DNA of 44,021 nucleotides, filler included, from Sphacelaria rigidula (GCA_964200075.2; 2 parts of 2 records of this genome joined end to end with filler, not necessarily neighbours in it); one strand, 5' to 3'; counted from the first letter of the whole stretch, positions 1 through 12,801 are shown. Notes: generated from the letters alone by a model not told the origin. Made by a program: numbers and translations.

Positions 1-69
1 TGTGTTTTTTTGGGGTTTGTTTGTTTTTTTTTTGGGGTGTCGTCGTGGGGGGTGTTTTTGGTGTGGGGT

Positions 70-106
<37 letters not shown>

Positions 107-232
107 CGAATGTTCCCGTGAGGTCTGCACAGGGCGGACGCGGGGTTCTTGTTGGATGCAACAGGGGGGGGACTTGGCTCTGGCATTTGGTAAATACATC
201 TGATGAGATTTGTTCACGCAGTATACACCGCC

Positions 233-535
233 GCGCCCCGGTGGTGTAATGGTCTGACTGTCGCCGTTAGGGTGGGGAGAACGGGGGTTCGATTCCCGAT
301 GCGTTGGGTTTTTCTTCGTAACGTATGATGTTCACCGTGAAAAGCGGCAGAACGTGAGTAAACGATAGTAGTCGACTGGGTTTGTGTGACGTGAGTTGAC
401 GCGGTGCGGTAGTGCTGATCCAATCCGCGAGATCAAAATGAAAGGCACCTACCGGGGGAGCGACGGGTTGACCCCTTGAGACGACGGACTCATCCCGAGT
501 AAGGGGAGGGGTGCAAAGTGCGAGGGGAAAAAAAA
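233..535 (+). mobile_element. tRNA-derived SINE, family A, longest copy
   Basis: Pol III A box TGGTGTAATGG (242-252) and B box GGTTCGATTCC (286-296), a body shared with five other copies in the window, a conserved 3' core (GAGAC..CGGACTC.TCCCG...AGGGG) and an A tail at 528-535. Confidence 0.85.
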
Positions 536-1757
536 GTGTTCTCAGCGTTTCGATTTTTGCGTGTTGCTATACAGGCAAAGAAAAAGAGTGTTGGAAAGTC
601 TTTGTACACGATGATGTATTTTGTACGCTGATAACATACAATACGTGCCTCCGAAACTCTCCAGTAATTTTTGCTTGTAGGGCATTTTCTTCAGCCACAT
701 TATCGCGTGCACCCAGATCTGCCCAAAATGAAGGAAGAACCGACTCGACTTACCACGAGTTCTGTGAAATTTGGGATACACCACGACCGCCATTGCTAGC
801 AGGCACGGCACCATCAATGAGCGGATTTTGTCAGATGACGAACTCCCAATGTCAGATACAAATTCTCCCACTTTCGCACTCCAACAGAGCCCAACGGCGT
901 CAAATAGTTGCATTTGGCCCGATATTTGCAGCCTTTGGGCTCTCATGGGGCGCAAAAGTAGCAAAAAAAGGCTCGGCATGTGGCGAAACTAATGTTTCCG
1001 ACGAAAATGCCCGCGAGTGATGGCCACGCCGTATCGTTCCTGATGCGGAAATGGGAGTAAAAGCTTTGGTAGCAATGCTCAGCCGTTTTGCAAGTGCTGA
1101 GCGGAAACAGGATACTAGTCCCAGGCGCACGAACCACCCAAAAATCACCCAACACGACGCAATCTGAGCAGCGTTTTACAGTGTACAGCACCAGCACCCA
1201 AGATGGGTAATGACTACAAAGCACGAAGTGATGGTCGTGTCTGTATCATTTCACCACCCTTCGAGGGTGCCGAGGTTCGCCCACAACACAGCACGAGAAC
1301 CCACGAGCAACATTGCTTCTCTACAACGAAAAAGAGCACTCCAACAGCTCAAGAAACGATCGGGAACTATAAAACACGTGTGACAATGGTCAGGTTTGCG
1401 TGAACTTGTTTCGTGTAGTAAGAGAGCTCTAATTGTTTGAATTTGCTTGGTTTAGTGCGGGGGAGGGGAAGGAGTGCGTGGCCGATCAAACACCAAACGA
1501 AATCCTCAATTCGGTGTTTGTCATCCCGACAAAACGCGGCCTCTGCGAAAAAGTCCTCTCCAACAAAATGGGGACGGCATGCAACCTAATGCTCAAAATG
1601 GCATATAACTGAGCGCCAATCACAACTACAAAGTTGCTCAGACTGATCAAGTGCGGCTTCGAAAATTCCACGCAACTTTAACTTAGGTCGGGTTTTGTTC
1701 GTTCGAAACTGTCGAATCGAAGTTTCCCAAATAGGAACTTCTTACAGCAGACGGCTA

Positions 1758-1773
1758 CAAGCTGGGCCGGCAC
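1758..1773. mobile_element. Orphan terminal inverted repeat of the CGAGCTGGGCC Tc1/mariner-like family
   Basis: TA|CAAGCTGGGCCGGC matches the TIRs at 7783, 10050, 34483 and 35273; no partner end found. Confidence 0.4.
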
Positions 1774-4700
1774 AGAAAGTCACCCCGTGGCTGGCTGGCG
1801 ATCATTTTGGAACGGCGCCAAGTCCGGGTGAGCTGACTACAGTATATCGTTGTAATGGGGCAAGTTAAGGCTGTCACGCGCTGCCATCCAGCTTGGGAAT
1901 TCGCCAAGTTAGTGCCGTGAAACTCGCGCAACCGTGTTTGTACTTTCCTTCCGTCGGGTTCTTGTGTTGGAAGTTTCTCATGAGAAAAACAAATGTTCCG
2001 AGGTGAGAAGAAAGGCGGTGAGCGTCTGCTTCCATGATTCCTCGCCGTTGCAAAGTTGTCGCCGAATCTCATCATTATATGTAGAATGTAATATCGCATG
2101 CCCAGCGATCCTGGCGCAAAATGTTTGAACGTCGCCGCGTTTAACTCATATTATCGAGTTGGGACCTCAAGTTTCGACACGTGATTTGCAATATCGCCGA
2201 CGCATTCCGAGCGGGCCGCCCTGGGGAGCTTTCGCCGACATGCGACCAGCCCAATGAGGTCGAGATAGGGTTGAATTGCAACCGATTGCGCGGCGAAAGA
2301 CACTCGCCAGAAATCATGCGGAAAAAAAAAAGGGTGTGCTAGCGTCAGTCAACATCAGGATATTTGCGTCGCATGCAGGGGGTAGTTGCCATGAGCGACA
2401 CACGAGAGACGTCTCCACGCCGCCACCAGTAGCCGCCGAGGCAACAACAACAAAGGAAAATTGGACAAGAAGAGTACCTACTACGTGTATGATCCGAATG
2501 GGAGTAACGCCACGCATACCCTTACCAAAAATCGCATACCATGGATAACACCAAGTGCTTCTCTTCCGTAAGGTATACTTGGCACGCCGCTCTCCAAACG
2601 TCTCCGCGAGCAACAGACAAGAAAAGAACCGTGGTGTTCCGACTAGGCGTGCCGTTCAGTGTCGGGAAAAGCAAACGTGTGTGCCGCGAGCAAAAACACT
2701 AGAGAAGGTCCAGTAGCAAGACGAGAAAAGTGAAGTTATCGGACCAACACAGCTCGCTGGTGTGCAGAAGAAGACTTGACCACACACTGCATCGAACTAG
2801 CATTGGTCACGACACGCGAGGAGCTGCGCGATCCTTCGCCATCGCAAGCAAAACAAAATAACAGGCGGTGGGCCCGATCCACCAACGATACCCATCCAAT
2901 ACCTCCTGCCTGCTATAGACCACATTGCCCTTCCAGTGCTATTCTGTTCATATCTTGATACAGTGGAAGATTCAGAGTGCCAGTGCCAAGTAGCACTACT
3001 TACGGAACTCCACGACTGCCTGCACAGAGGTGCCTGACACAAGGGCCCCACAAGCTAATACTCTCAAGCCCAGCCCGGCGCCATCAGGTTCCGAGAGCGA
3101 GTGATTCGCGAGCGCCGTGCTGTGACGACTCGGCCGGCCGTGAAGCCCCACTTTACAGTCAACTTCGAAGCACCCGTCATTTGCCAGAACCCAACTCTCT
3201 GCCTTAACCGCCGTGCACAACGATCAGGAACCATGTCTTGGAGAACACCAAATCCATGATCCTTCTCGCAGAAAGGGGGGGGCACACCATGATCATTCGT
3301 ATGATCGTGCTATGTCTAGAAATCCAAGGTGCAGCACGCATTTGGGTGCCACGCATATATCGTCATGAGACGGAGCACGTATACACTCGCCAGTTCACCA
3401 CACGAGGAGTTGTTGTTCTCATCCTTGATTTCCCGAGGAAGAAGAGACGAACAGCGCACCACCGCTCCTACTCCTGAAAGTTCCCGATTCTGTTAACATC
3501 TCGAGCGACGGCCTTCACTACGCGACATACAAGACATCACTATCAACAATGACACAACCTTCGCCGCATTTCCCGACAAAGCCGACGTTGAAAGACTGAA
3601 ACGCCCAGGGAATATCCTCACGCCGGCAGCATACCGAACATGAGTTTGAGGAGAGCCCTGTACTCCGTCACCTACAACCGGAGGGTACGGGTGTATCTGC
3701 TGGTGTAGCGATAAACAGTGACCTAGTAGGAAAGCCGGACTCCATTGGCGTCGACCGGTTTGTCTCCACCCAGAACATCTTCCGGTTTGGCTCCTCCCAC
3801 CTAAAGCGCCAAAGCATGGCGTCAAATCGGGGGGCGGAATATTCAATTTTGCAACTGTCCACGGTTCAACACGAAAGTATGACAAGCACAGACTCACACG
3901 CAAAGCCACGTCAAATTCAAAAGTGTTGGCACAGTCAATGATGCTCCAACAAAAAAACTTCACTGTCTTTCAACAATCCAACAGAGTCGACTGGTGTCAG
4001 GAAAAAAAAAAGAAAAGAGGAAGGGTCATCATGAGCAGATTAACAACAAAGTGGGTAGCGAAAGTACAAGAGGCGCCCAAAACGCGCGATCGCGGGACAA
4101 CTGCGGATACCCCGCTCACCATGCGGTACAACTCGCCTCAACGCAGATGGACGAGATATGGGTTCGGAGAATATTCAATATTCGGACACAGCAAACACGA
4201 ATATCCAAGCACTGCATGCTCCAGCAGCCACAACGGCACCGAAGCCGTCCAGAGACAACAAGAGCCCAAGCGACGACGCAAACTTCGACACGGACGGCCA
4301 ACATAACAAACTAGCAACGCTTCGAATATCGGCTGACTTGGGAGTCTAGGCTAGGGTCGGGTGAGTCACGACTCGTGATAATATCGGTCGTGATACTCCC
4401 TCCAGTTCAAAGCTTTCTCATTATTTGCCGGACTCATCGTACGAGTCGACTCAGGGTACCTACCGTATCGATACGTGATCCCGATCTAGTCCGTTTTACT
4501 TCAGGTACTGAATCTCACCCCCACACATTCGAAGAAATAGCACGTGTGAATCGACTTCACGATCGGACAGAGACAACAACCACACCCGCACGGTTGGCAT
4601 TGGCCGGAGGAGTCGACGCAACGTGGTACTCATTTTCCACCTCAACACACAACACAGCACCATCCCAACAGACTACAAAAATACCACAGCTTGTTTTTAC

Positions 4701-5018
4701 TTGTTGCCAGTCATCAGCAACGAGTGCAGGCAAGCAACTGCGCAGCACCCCAACGACGAAACACAGCTGACCAGACAAAAAAAGGGGGAAATAAAAACAA
4801 GACAAATTAAAAGCAAATAAAGCTTGACGACCGAACAACATCAACAAACCTGCGCAACTCTCACAGCAGCCAAGAAACATATGTCATGCTCCAAGACTAC
4901 AAAACTGAATCAACAGTGGAACCCCAACAAATCACGTAAAAACAGAACATGAAAAGCAAGGGCAAAGTACGGCGGCCTCCACAGCAAAACAAAAAAAAAC
5001 AAGAACTTTCTTCCTCAC

Positions 5019-5153
5019 CTGACTAGCGCCAGCGGCCAGCGGTTCCCCTCCCTCTGCAGGAGCAGCAGCGGCATCATGGTCATCATCCGTAGCGTACAGA
5101 ATTTCGAAAGCGTTTCTCGTCAGCTCACTCTCCACAGTTTCCGTCTCGTGGTT
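5019..5153 (-). pseudogene. EB1/MAPRE-like C-terminal exon
   Basis: GACAG|...CAG|GTGAGG exon of 135 nt, phase 0-0, translating NHETETVESELTRNAFEILYATDDDHDAAAAPAEGGEPLAAGASQ. ILYAT followed by acidic residues is the EB1 EBH-domain signature. Confidence 0.75.
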
Positions 5154-5394
5154 CTGTCATCGTCATGACATATCGGATAGCTTTGTGAGAAAGACGGGAC
5201 GAAAATGAAAAAAAATGGACACGTTCCTACAGGTGAAAATATCACGTCTACAGCAACACAAAAATACCAAGAGAGGAGGCGAGGCAAGCGGCATCGCCAT
5301 CCGTACTACATACAGGCGGGTCCCGCCTCAACTACTTCACCCCATAAAAGTGTCTTCGGAGCAAACAGGCCGAGCGGCAGCAAAACACAGAACT

Positions 5395-6185
5395 TAGATG
5401 CACACGTCGGACGAGTCATTACTCGTCGAAACGAGTGCACTCGTGGATAATTTTCGAAAACACAACGAGCATGACTCGTGTGCTCGAGTCGTTACTTTTT
5501 TCTTTTAACGAGCAATGACTCGTGTGCTCGAGTCATTACTTTATTCCTCAGCGAGCAATGACTCGTGTGCTCGCCCTATTAGTTTGTTTCCCAGAACGAG
5601 CGATGACTCGAGTGCTCGCCCTGTTTTTTTTTCTTCCCACAACGAGCAATGACTCGAGTGCTCGCCTTGCTTGTTTTTTTCCACAACAAGCAATGACTGG
5701 AGTACCCGCCCTAATATTTTTTTCCATAACGAGCAGTGACTCGAGTGCTCGCCCTATTAGTTTGTTTCCACAACGAGCAATAACTCGAGTGCTCGCCCTG
5801 TTTGGTTTTTTCCACAACGAGTAATGACTCGAGTGCTCGCCCTGTTCGTTTTTTTCCACAACGAGCGATGACTCGAGTACCCGCTCTATTATTTTTTCCC
5901 ACTACGAGCAGTGACTCGAGTGCTCGCCCTATTAGTTTGTTTCCACAACGAGCAATGACTCGAGTGCTCGCCCTGTTCGGCTTTTTCCACAACGAGTAAT
6001 GACTCGAGTGCTCGCCCTGTTCGTTTTTTCCACAACGAGCAATGACTCGAGTACCCGCCCTATTATTTTTTCCCACAACGAGCAGTGACTCGAGTGCTCG
6101 CCCTATTATTTTTCATGGCCAACGAGAAGCCCAACGAGTGCGAGTGCCACGAGGCACACTCGTGCCCGTCCGGCGTGTGCAAAGA
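5395..6185. mobile_element. TIR-bounded non-autonomous element (possibly hAT-like) hosting a satellite
   Basis: TGCACACGTCGGACGAG (5399-5415) versus the reverse complement of 6165-6181 (TGCACACGCCGGACGGG), 15/17 match; left end starts TAG; no TSD seen. Confidence 0.5.
5463..6114. repeat. Palindromic tandem repeat, about 15 x 43-44 bp, with a 4-unit (about 175 bp) higher-order repeat
   Basis: Consensus CCACAACGAGCAATGACTCGAGTGCTCGCCCT plus a T-rich tail; tail variants cycle A-B-C-D three times; CGAGCA/TGCTCG stem in most units. Confidence 0.95.
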
Positions 6186-8105
6186 TGCCCTCCGCTGCCA
6201 CCGTGCAACGATCGTCGAGTACCCCGCCTTGTCGCATCGATCACTCGGGGGCTTTCAGCATCCCGCACTTTGTCGCTGTATATCCAACACAGCCCGATTG
6301 CGGCTGCTACGGGTCGGCTTCATACAAAAATCAACATAAACGAGCTCTTACTCGATTGACCTGAAATTCGGTATGGACGTCGCTGTTGCTGGCACCGAGG
6401 CGGGATAAACGGGACGGTACCTGTTTCCACACCCAACTCGTCGCCCAAAAATCATGCACACTCAACACACATACTTGGGAAAACGTCTACACTAACTAGC
6501 GTGCGGGATCTTCAAAGCCCTCGGGGAATAAACGCACATGTCATCGGATTTTCTTCTTCGAGGTTTGAAAGCTGGGGCCTACGAATTCGACAACGGACAG
6601 GTACGCGTCGACAGTGTGAAATCCTTCAGAGCATGCCTTGCAGAGTTTTCACTTTTTACTGTTCCAGATGTAAGGGTGGACCTTTCCCCTCTCGAATTCT
6701 GTCAAAACAGACCGAGTAATCAACAAAACAAAATCTGTAGGATCAACCCTTGGATAGCGAGCGTCGCCTTGGAGCAGTTTTATAGGTTGACAGTCCAGGT
6801 ATATCCGGGGGTTTCCAGGGGGCGGGGGGGATGATTTTTGACAGCGGGGTACGAGCCTGTTCGCGAAACAGCCGAAAAGCTCACCAAGCCAACCACGTGT
6901 GTGTGGAAGCTTCCCACGGAAAATCATTAGCCAGGAACGAGAGCCGCGGGAAGCGGGGTTACCATTCTGACCAATCACGGCTATTAAAATGGTCACTTCG
7001 TTACCCTACACGTGAAATACAGGCAAACCACTTCGCGCTGTCTAGCCGTATTTCTCATTTTGGCCGTGACAATCCAACCATAGATACTGCAACATGGGCA
7101 CAATCATCGTGCTTCTTACTTTACTCATGGTCTATCCCGCCTGCCTGACCCCTCATGCGTTGGTGGTATTGCTTCAAACTGTCTGTAGTGTTGTCGTGGA
7201 ACAGCAGATCCATCAGCAGCATGCAGTAGACTGTGTTCAGTGGAGAGCGTTGGCACGTTGGCTGTCTCTTGCCCTTGTATCCAGGGAAGGCATACAGCAC
7301 ACGTACATACTGCCGCTGCATGCAAAAGCGAAAAACCGCCTGTAACACTTCGATTGCCACGTAGTGGACCAACTAGCCTGTACAGGATGTCAAGGTATCC
7401 CTTTGTCAGCCTACTCTTCCCCGCTTTCTCTCCCCGTCTACACGTCGACATCACATTTTCGGTGCAATCTCACGCATCGAGTAGAACACGCCATCAAAAT
7501 ACTGTTCCAAGGCGAACGCTCAAGTGTATGCACGTTCTTCTCCGCACCGAAGTTCGTCTCCTGTACGTACGAGTATATTTTACTTGCGTGCCCTCCGCTA
7601 CAGAGTGTCTGAGGCGTTTTCCGGGAGCTCGCTTCGCTCTCTGTTGCTCTAAATCGTTTTCGTCTCTCGTGGTTCCAGTCATCACCCATCGTCATAGTGC
7701 ACTTTCGCCTCAACACGAATACGATACGACTCCTGTATGACTTTTTGTTTTTCAACAAAAAAATCGACTCCAGAACAAAATACGAGCTGGGCCAGCCAAG
7801 GCTCTGTCGCCATAGTTCACAGGCCACGCGCGGCAGACGTTTTCGAGTTTCGGGGTGACGTTTTGACATTAGACAAACAGCACTTAGGCCTACCCTGTTA
7901 CCGCCGTCTTTTTTCGTGTTTCCACCCCAACTTCGGGCGATGAAATTTGTTTGGGTGATATTTACATGGCTTGAAGGGAGCGAAAAAAATGGAAGACAGC
8001 GGTGACAGGATGGGTCTTGGTGCAGTTTCTCTCGTGTCAAAATATCACCCCGAAAATTCGAAACATTGAGCCGCGCATCGTCGTTTTCGCGCCTCCACGT
8101 TACCC

Positions 8106-8319
8106 GCCCTCCACCGGTGGTCTACTGGTCATACTGTCGCCATTAAGGTGTTGAGGATGGGGGTTCGATTCCCGCCATATACTCATGTTTTTTCCTTCGG
8201 AATATATGATTTCCACTGTCGAAAGCATGAGGACGTGAGGGGAGATGGTTTGGTCCCTATAGAGACCGCAGACTCGTCCCGAAGAGGGGGAGGAGCTTAG
8301 AGTGTGACAAACAAAAAAA
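8106..8319 (+). mobile_element. SINE family A copy lacking the central module
   Basis: CCGGTGGTCTACTGG A-box-like, GGTTCGATTCC B box, 3' core GAGACCGCAGACTCGTCCCGAAGAGGGGG and an A-rich tail. Confidence 0.75.
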
Positions 8320-8898
8320 GGCGTGTGCCGATAAAGTGCAGCAAAACAAAAAACCTACTGTGCCGACAATATACTAGGTCAAGTTCACCACGTGTTCAAA
8401 TGTTCCCCGGGACGAATGTGTCGGCGATTGTGCCACGTATGATGGCATAGATGGGACGATGAAATATCTTCACGTCTGCGCAGCGAGAAATTACCGACTG
8501 GGTCGGCGGTATCTGCATGCACGAGTCCTATACTTCCACCAGGTGCGTCGTACTTCCTGCACAACACGTCGCAACACCTTGGCCCCCAAGCCTCCTTTCG
8601 GAACAATATTGTTACGGGACCTTTCTGGTGCCTAACCCGGCGCAATATTCTTGAATGATTTGCAAACAGAAGTGGCACACTGCAGAAGATAGTGCTGCCG
8701 ATTTTTCTACGTACGGCAACTTCGATGAGATGATGAAGTTCCCAGTATATTATTGTTGCGAAAGGAGGCGTAACAGCCAGGGAAGTGCTATTGTACGTGT
8801 AGTACACAACGTGCAACGCGCCTGGCAGGAGTGTGGGACTCGTGCATGCGGATGCCGCCGACTCAGTAGTTAACCTCACGCTGCGCAGACGTCAAGAT

Positions 8899-8940
8899 AT
8901 TTCATCGTTCCGTCAATGCATTTCATCGTTCCGTCAATGC
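8899..8940. repeat. Perfect 21-bp tandem duplication
   Basis: ATTTCATCGTTCCGTCAATGC x2. Confidence 0.9.
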
Positions 8941-9029
8941 AAGCATACGTGGCACAAACATCGGCACTTTCCCCCTGGCGAATGTTTGGGTGCGTGCACT
9001 ACTTGACGTGGTATATTATCGGCACACTC

Positions 9030-9620
9030 AAGGGTCTCTCGGGAGAAGATTTTCCGACACGAAGCCCCCCTCCCCCCTCCCTCCCTTCCGGAGGACAATT
9101 TTTCGAAAATTGCCATAAACTCTTTTTTTTGTCAACCTTATCGAAAAAAATTATTAAAAAAAAATGAAGACAAGAAACGTCTGGTGGGCTGCGCGAAGTT
9201 CGCATACTTTATTCTGCTCCTTGCCCGCTCTACTGTCCCAATGACCTCGGATGTCGGCCGCCCTCACACATGTATGCACACGAGCGTACGGTAGCGACAA
9301 CCTGCAGCCAAAGTAGCAACCGAATCTTACGCCTCGCCAAACGTTCCCGGACTACTGGTAGATACTCGAGGCCCATGACACGGAACATGGTCCCATAAAC
9401 GCAATCATGGTGAGTGATGGGCTTGGGGGGGCGGTGTGTCCGTCATCTCAGGGGTATCCATGCCAAGTATCTCCGTAGAAGGTAGCTGACCGCACCCGCC
9501 AACGCCTCGGCAACAAACTAGGGGACAACAGACGGGGTGCCCCCCCGTCCTCCCCCTCAAAAACTCGAATTTTCTATCTTGGGGCCTACGTGTCCAGAAA
9601 TAGTCTCTTGATGGACCCTT
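9030..9620. mobile_element. Old MITE with diverged TIRs of about 39 bp
   Basis: AAGGGTCTCTCGGGAGAAGATTTTCCGACACGAAGCCCC versus the reverse complement of the right end AAGGGTCCATCAAGAGACTATTTCTGGACACGTAGGCCCC. Confidence 0.5.
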
Positions 9621-9631
9621 GGAACACTCGC

Positions 9632-9845
9632 TTTTTGTTCTCTCGTCACATTATTAACCCCTCCCCTTCCCCGAGACGAAGCCGTGGTCTCACGGGATTG
9701 ACCCACCTATCTCTCTTCACGCCCTCACTCTCTCGACGGTGAAAATCATAAGCATACACTTTAAGAAAAAATAGAAGTATCTGGCGGGGATCGACGTACG
9801 TTCTCTACACCCCAACCGTGACACTCTGCCTGTTATACTGCGGTT
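9632..9845 (-). mobile_element. SINE family A copy, degenerate, lacking the central module
   Basis: The reverse complement shows a degenerate tRNA head, the 5' module and the 3' core GAGACCACGGCTTCGTCTCGGGGAAGGGGAGGGG with an A-rich tail. Confidence 0.7.
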
Positions 9846-10428
9846 TTCTCTGTACTTGGCCCAGTATATTTTCGGCACACGATCTTCCACTTCGTATGAA
9901 CACCCTTGAGTACATGAAGAGCTGTCGCAGGACACGCGTGGCGATCTCCCAATCACAGGAATATGTTTACTTGGCGATCGGTCGCCGTGGTTCTTGAGAT
10001 GCGAGATATGTACAGTGAAAGGTTTTTGAGGTTCAGGCCGGCCCAGCTCGCTTGAGTACACAGTAGCCGAAGTACCGTTGAAAGACGATCCGAGAAATGA
10101 CGCACGATTGGTTATTCGTTGCTGTCACGTTCGCAAAATGAAGACAGCACCAGATAGCTGGAGCATAAACGCGTTCGGGACTATTGTGGAGCGATCGAAA
10201 ATGGCAGGCGATTCTTCCTCTTGACAAAATCCGTCAATGTCAACATGGCGCTACTGTAGCTGGGTGATGGCGATGCACACACCGAGTACGATAGAGGCAG
10301 GGGTGGACTAAACGATCCAGTTAATCTATCCCTGCACGAGCTCGTGAACAAAACAATCATCATGCCGGAGTATAAAGAGCAAGTAAGTAGCCGGTGACAC
10401 TATTCGGACAGCCATCTGTAGATCGCAC

Positions 10429-10522
10429 CTGCAGGAATAGCTCGATCGCTCCAAGCTTGTCGAAGTAGAAGACCCTTTTCCTTTTCCACGGTAGCCGTAG
10501 TGATGATTACTGTATCTCGCCC
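10429..10522 (-). pseudogene. EB1/MAPRE-like EBH-domain exon with frameshift
   Basis: Polypyrimidine-AG acceptor and CAG|GTGCGA donor; 94 nt reading GRDTVIITTATVEKE, then +1 frameshift, then RVFYFDKLGAIELFLQ. Compare the EB1 motif LEKERDFYFxKLRxIELxxQ. Splices in phase 0 to the exon at 5019-5153. Confidence 0.75.
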
Positions 10523-12000
10523 CTTTTGACGAAAAAAACACCAGGCAATAACGATATACAAGGTGAAAACGAAAAGCGAGTGGAATATAAACGTTAGGTT
10601 GGATGAAGTACAGTATACACGCTGATAGAATAGGTTAGATCGAACCAATAATTCACCGGCATTTCATGTATGCTGGAATCCCCTCAGAGAACACAGCAAG
10701 TCTTTTCGAAGTGCCACAGTCCGCTTGCTCCGTCGGAAATCGGTGCTGAATCGCCGAGACAGACGTTTTTGAGGAGTTCCGTTGTCGTAGCATGAGAAGC
10801 GGCCAACAGATATATATCGCCATCAATGAGATTTTAAGAGCCACCACGCCACGGTAGTTCAACTAGTACATCTTGACACCGCTTGGGGCAGAGCTGAGAA
10901 TTCGAACTGCAGCAGATAGAAGCCCGAGAGCGCGCTAGAGGAGGCCACTTTTGTCGAGTGGCTGAGCAAGCGATAACGGAATGATGCGAGCTGAGAAGCC
11001 ATGACCATGGATTGCGCGAGACGAGCTGAAGGGAGATGAAAGCGGACGGTACGATCGGAAAGGGCAGAAGCAGCTGCGACGTTTGAGGACTATTGACAAC
11101 AGCAAGAGAAGTGTCGTCATCCTCTCTGGCGATGACTATGAAGATGCGATGAAAGACAAGCACTGTACCAACAGCTCTGTCTTGTCTTACCGGCGGTGCT
11201 TGTAGGGTAAATCATTGCCTGTCTCTCGGCTGCGCTACTGAGCGATACCACACTCATTTTTCCACTACGACTTCGTGTACACAACATATCTGTACAAATC
11301 TATGAACGGTGGTACAACTGGCTCTCTCTCCTCTTTTCCGTGCACTTTCGGGGGCGGGGTTGAAACACGACACTAAACACGTTACACTCACGTACCCGAC
11401 CCCGAACAAACACGCACAGATACTCACAACACAAGCGCATTACGCCTGACGCTTGCCCTTGCTCATCGACACACAGTGCTGCTTGTTCACGGCAGTCCCT
11501 TCGCTATCGGAATTGGGGCGACCGTGTGCAAAGTTGCTCACGAGATATGGAGTCGCCAACCACTTGTTGGGGTGCTACACAGCGCCCAACTGACAGAAAT
11601 CGTCGTCCCTCATGCAAGTTTGAAGCGATTAGCCGCAGCTAAAAACAGCGTACTCGGCTAATCAATAGCTTCGGCTCGAGCTTCTTATTGTCTATCCTGG
11701 GATAGTGGGATCACAAGTTGTCCTGCGCTTGTGCCTCAGGTCCGAGCTGTATGACAGGCTTGTACCACAGCAAGCGTCACTGCACCGCTGGTTTGTGTTC
11801 ACCTGGATGGTAAACAGCCCGAAAACGTCTTCTCAAACAGCCCACAACCTTCCACGACGGATTATGAACAAAAAATCCCCGCCGCCTCAAGAAGAAAGCG
11901 CCGCGGCGTTTTTTCGTGTGAACGGGGTGGTGTGGCGGTGACCACTCAGCATGCTTATTTTCGCTGCTCTTTTGTGTGACTTCGACGAGGGCGTGTCTCT

Positions 12001-12270
12001 GGCCCATTATTATCGACACTGTTTTTTCGGAGATCTCCGACATCTTCGGGACTGGCATGTACCTGATGATTCTCAAATTCTTGCGAGCGCCACGGCATTT
12101 TCACGAGGCAGCTCTCCGAAGTACTGCGTTGCAGTCCGAAAGTTTCGGCGAAAAATGCAGCTTCGGAGGAAAAATCAAGCCGCTTTGTTCCCGGAGAATT
12201 CAGAATGCGGAGTCAGAAAACTCTGAAAAATTCTGAGATCTCTAAAAAACAGTGTCGATAATAATGGGCC
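12001..12270. mobile_element. PIF/Harbinger (Tourist)-like MITE, 270 bp
   Basis: TIR GGCCCATTATTATCGACACTGTTTTTT..GAGATCTC near-perfect at both ends; 3-bp flanks TCT/TCA. Confidence 0.85.
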
Positions 12271-12713
12271 TCAACACATTTTTTTTTTTATCGAAAAAGT
12301 GCGATCGACTTTTTTTCCTCTCGATGTGATAGGCCCACCGCATTTATGTTTTCAGGAGGCTTCAACTCAGATTCATAATTAATGGCGCACGGAGAAGAAC
12401 AACAAAAAAAAACAAGCTTTTCCGATTGAAAACATGCGGTCGAAAGGCACGAAGCGGCATTTGACTCTTGTCCTACAGACCATCACGCCGGAAACCACCA
12501 GTTCACGGAACCATGCAAACTCCATCCAACTCATTCTCAGTCACCACCGCAACCCTGCAGCATAGAGCACGAGTTGAGCACAGGTATAGACACACTGCAG
12601 TACTTGGGTATGCTTCGTTTATTTTTGGTTGGCAAAAACTTGCGCATCTTCTTTCACGGTAGGATCAGCGACGGAACTGCGTGGTACGGTGAGCAACCGA
12701 GTTGCGAACACGC

Positions 12714-12801
12714 TCATGGACAGTGCAGGCGGTACAAAGCTGATGACAGCTTCTCGAAGTCCTTTTCACGTCGCATTGTAAGCAGAAAGAATTTGTAGTC
12801 C
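12714..12801 (-). pseudogene. Putative terminal exon of the polyQ pseudogene
   Basis: CCAG| acceptor; phase-2 start matches the exon at 14415-14965; reads (R)DYKFFLLTMRREKDFEKLSSALYRLHCP*. Confidence 0.55.

Larger units (their letters stand above)
7783..10050. mobile_element. Tc1/mariner-like non-autonomous element with nested insertions
   Basis: TA|CGAGCTGGGCCAGCC at 7783 and AGGCCGGCCCAGCTCG ending at 10050; same TIR family as 34483-35273 in opposite orientation; right TA TSD not preserved. Confidence 0.55.

Noticed and set aside
1-106. Gly-rich ORFs or a G-quadruplex
   Set aside because: Poly-G/poly-T at the window start looks like low-quality homopolymer sequence.
233-305. Functional tRNA genes at SINE heads (also 8106, 24520, 30832)
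   Set aside because: A and B boxes are present but acceptor and anticodon stems do not close, and each continues into a repeat body.
4352-4488. Short hAT-like MITE
   Set aside because: Only a weak, gapped end match (TAGGGTCGGG../..CCCGATCTA) and no TSD.
5463-6114. CRISPR array
   Set aside because: The spacers are only about 12-15 nt, T-rich and recur periodically; there are no cas genes and the context is eukaryotic.
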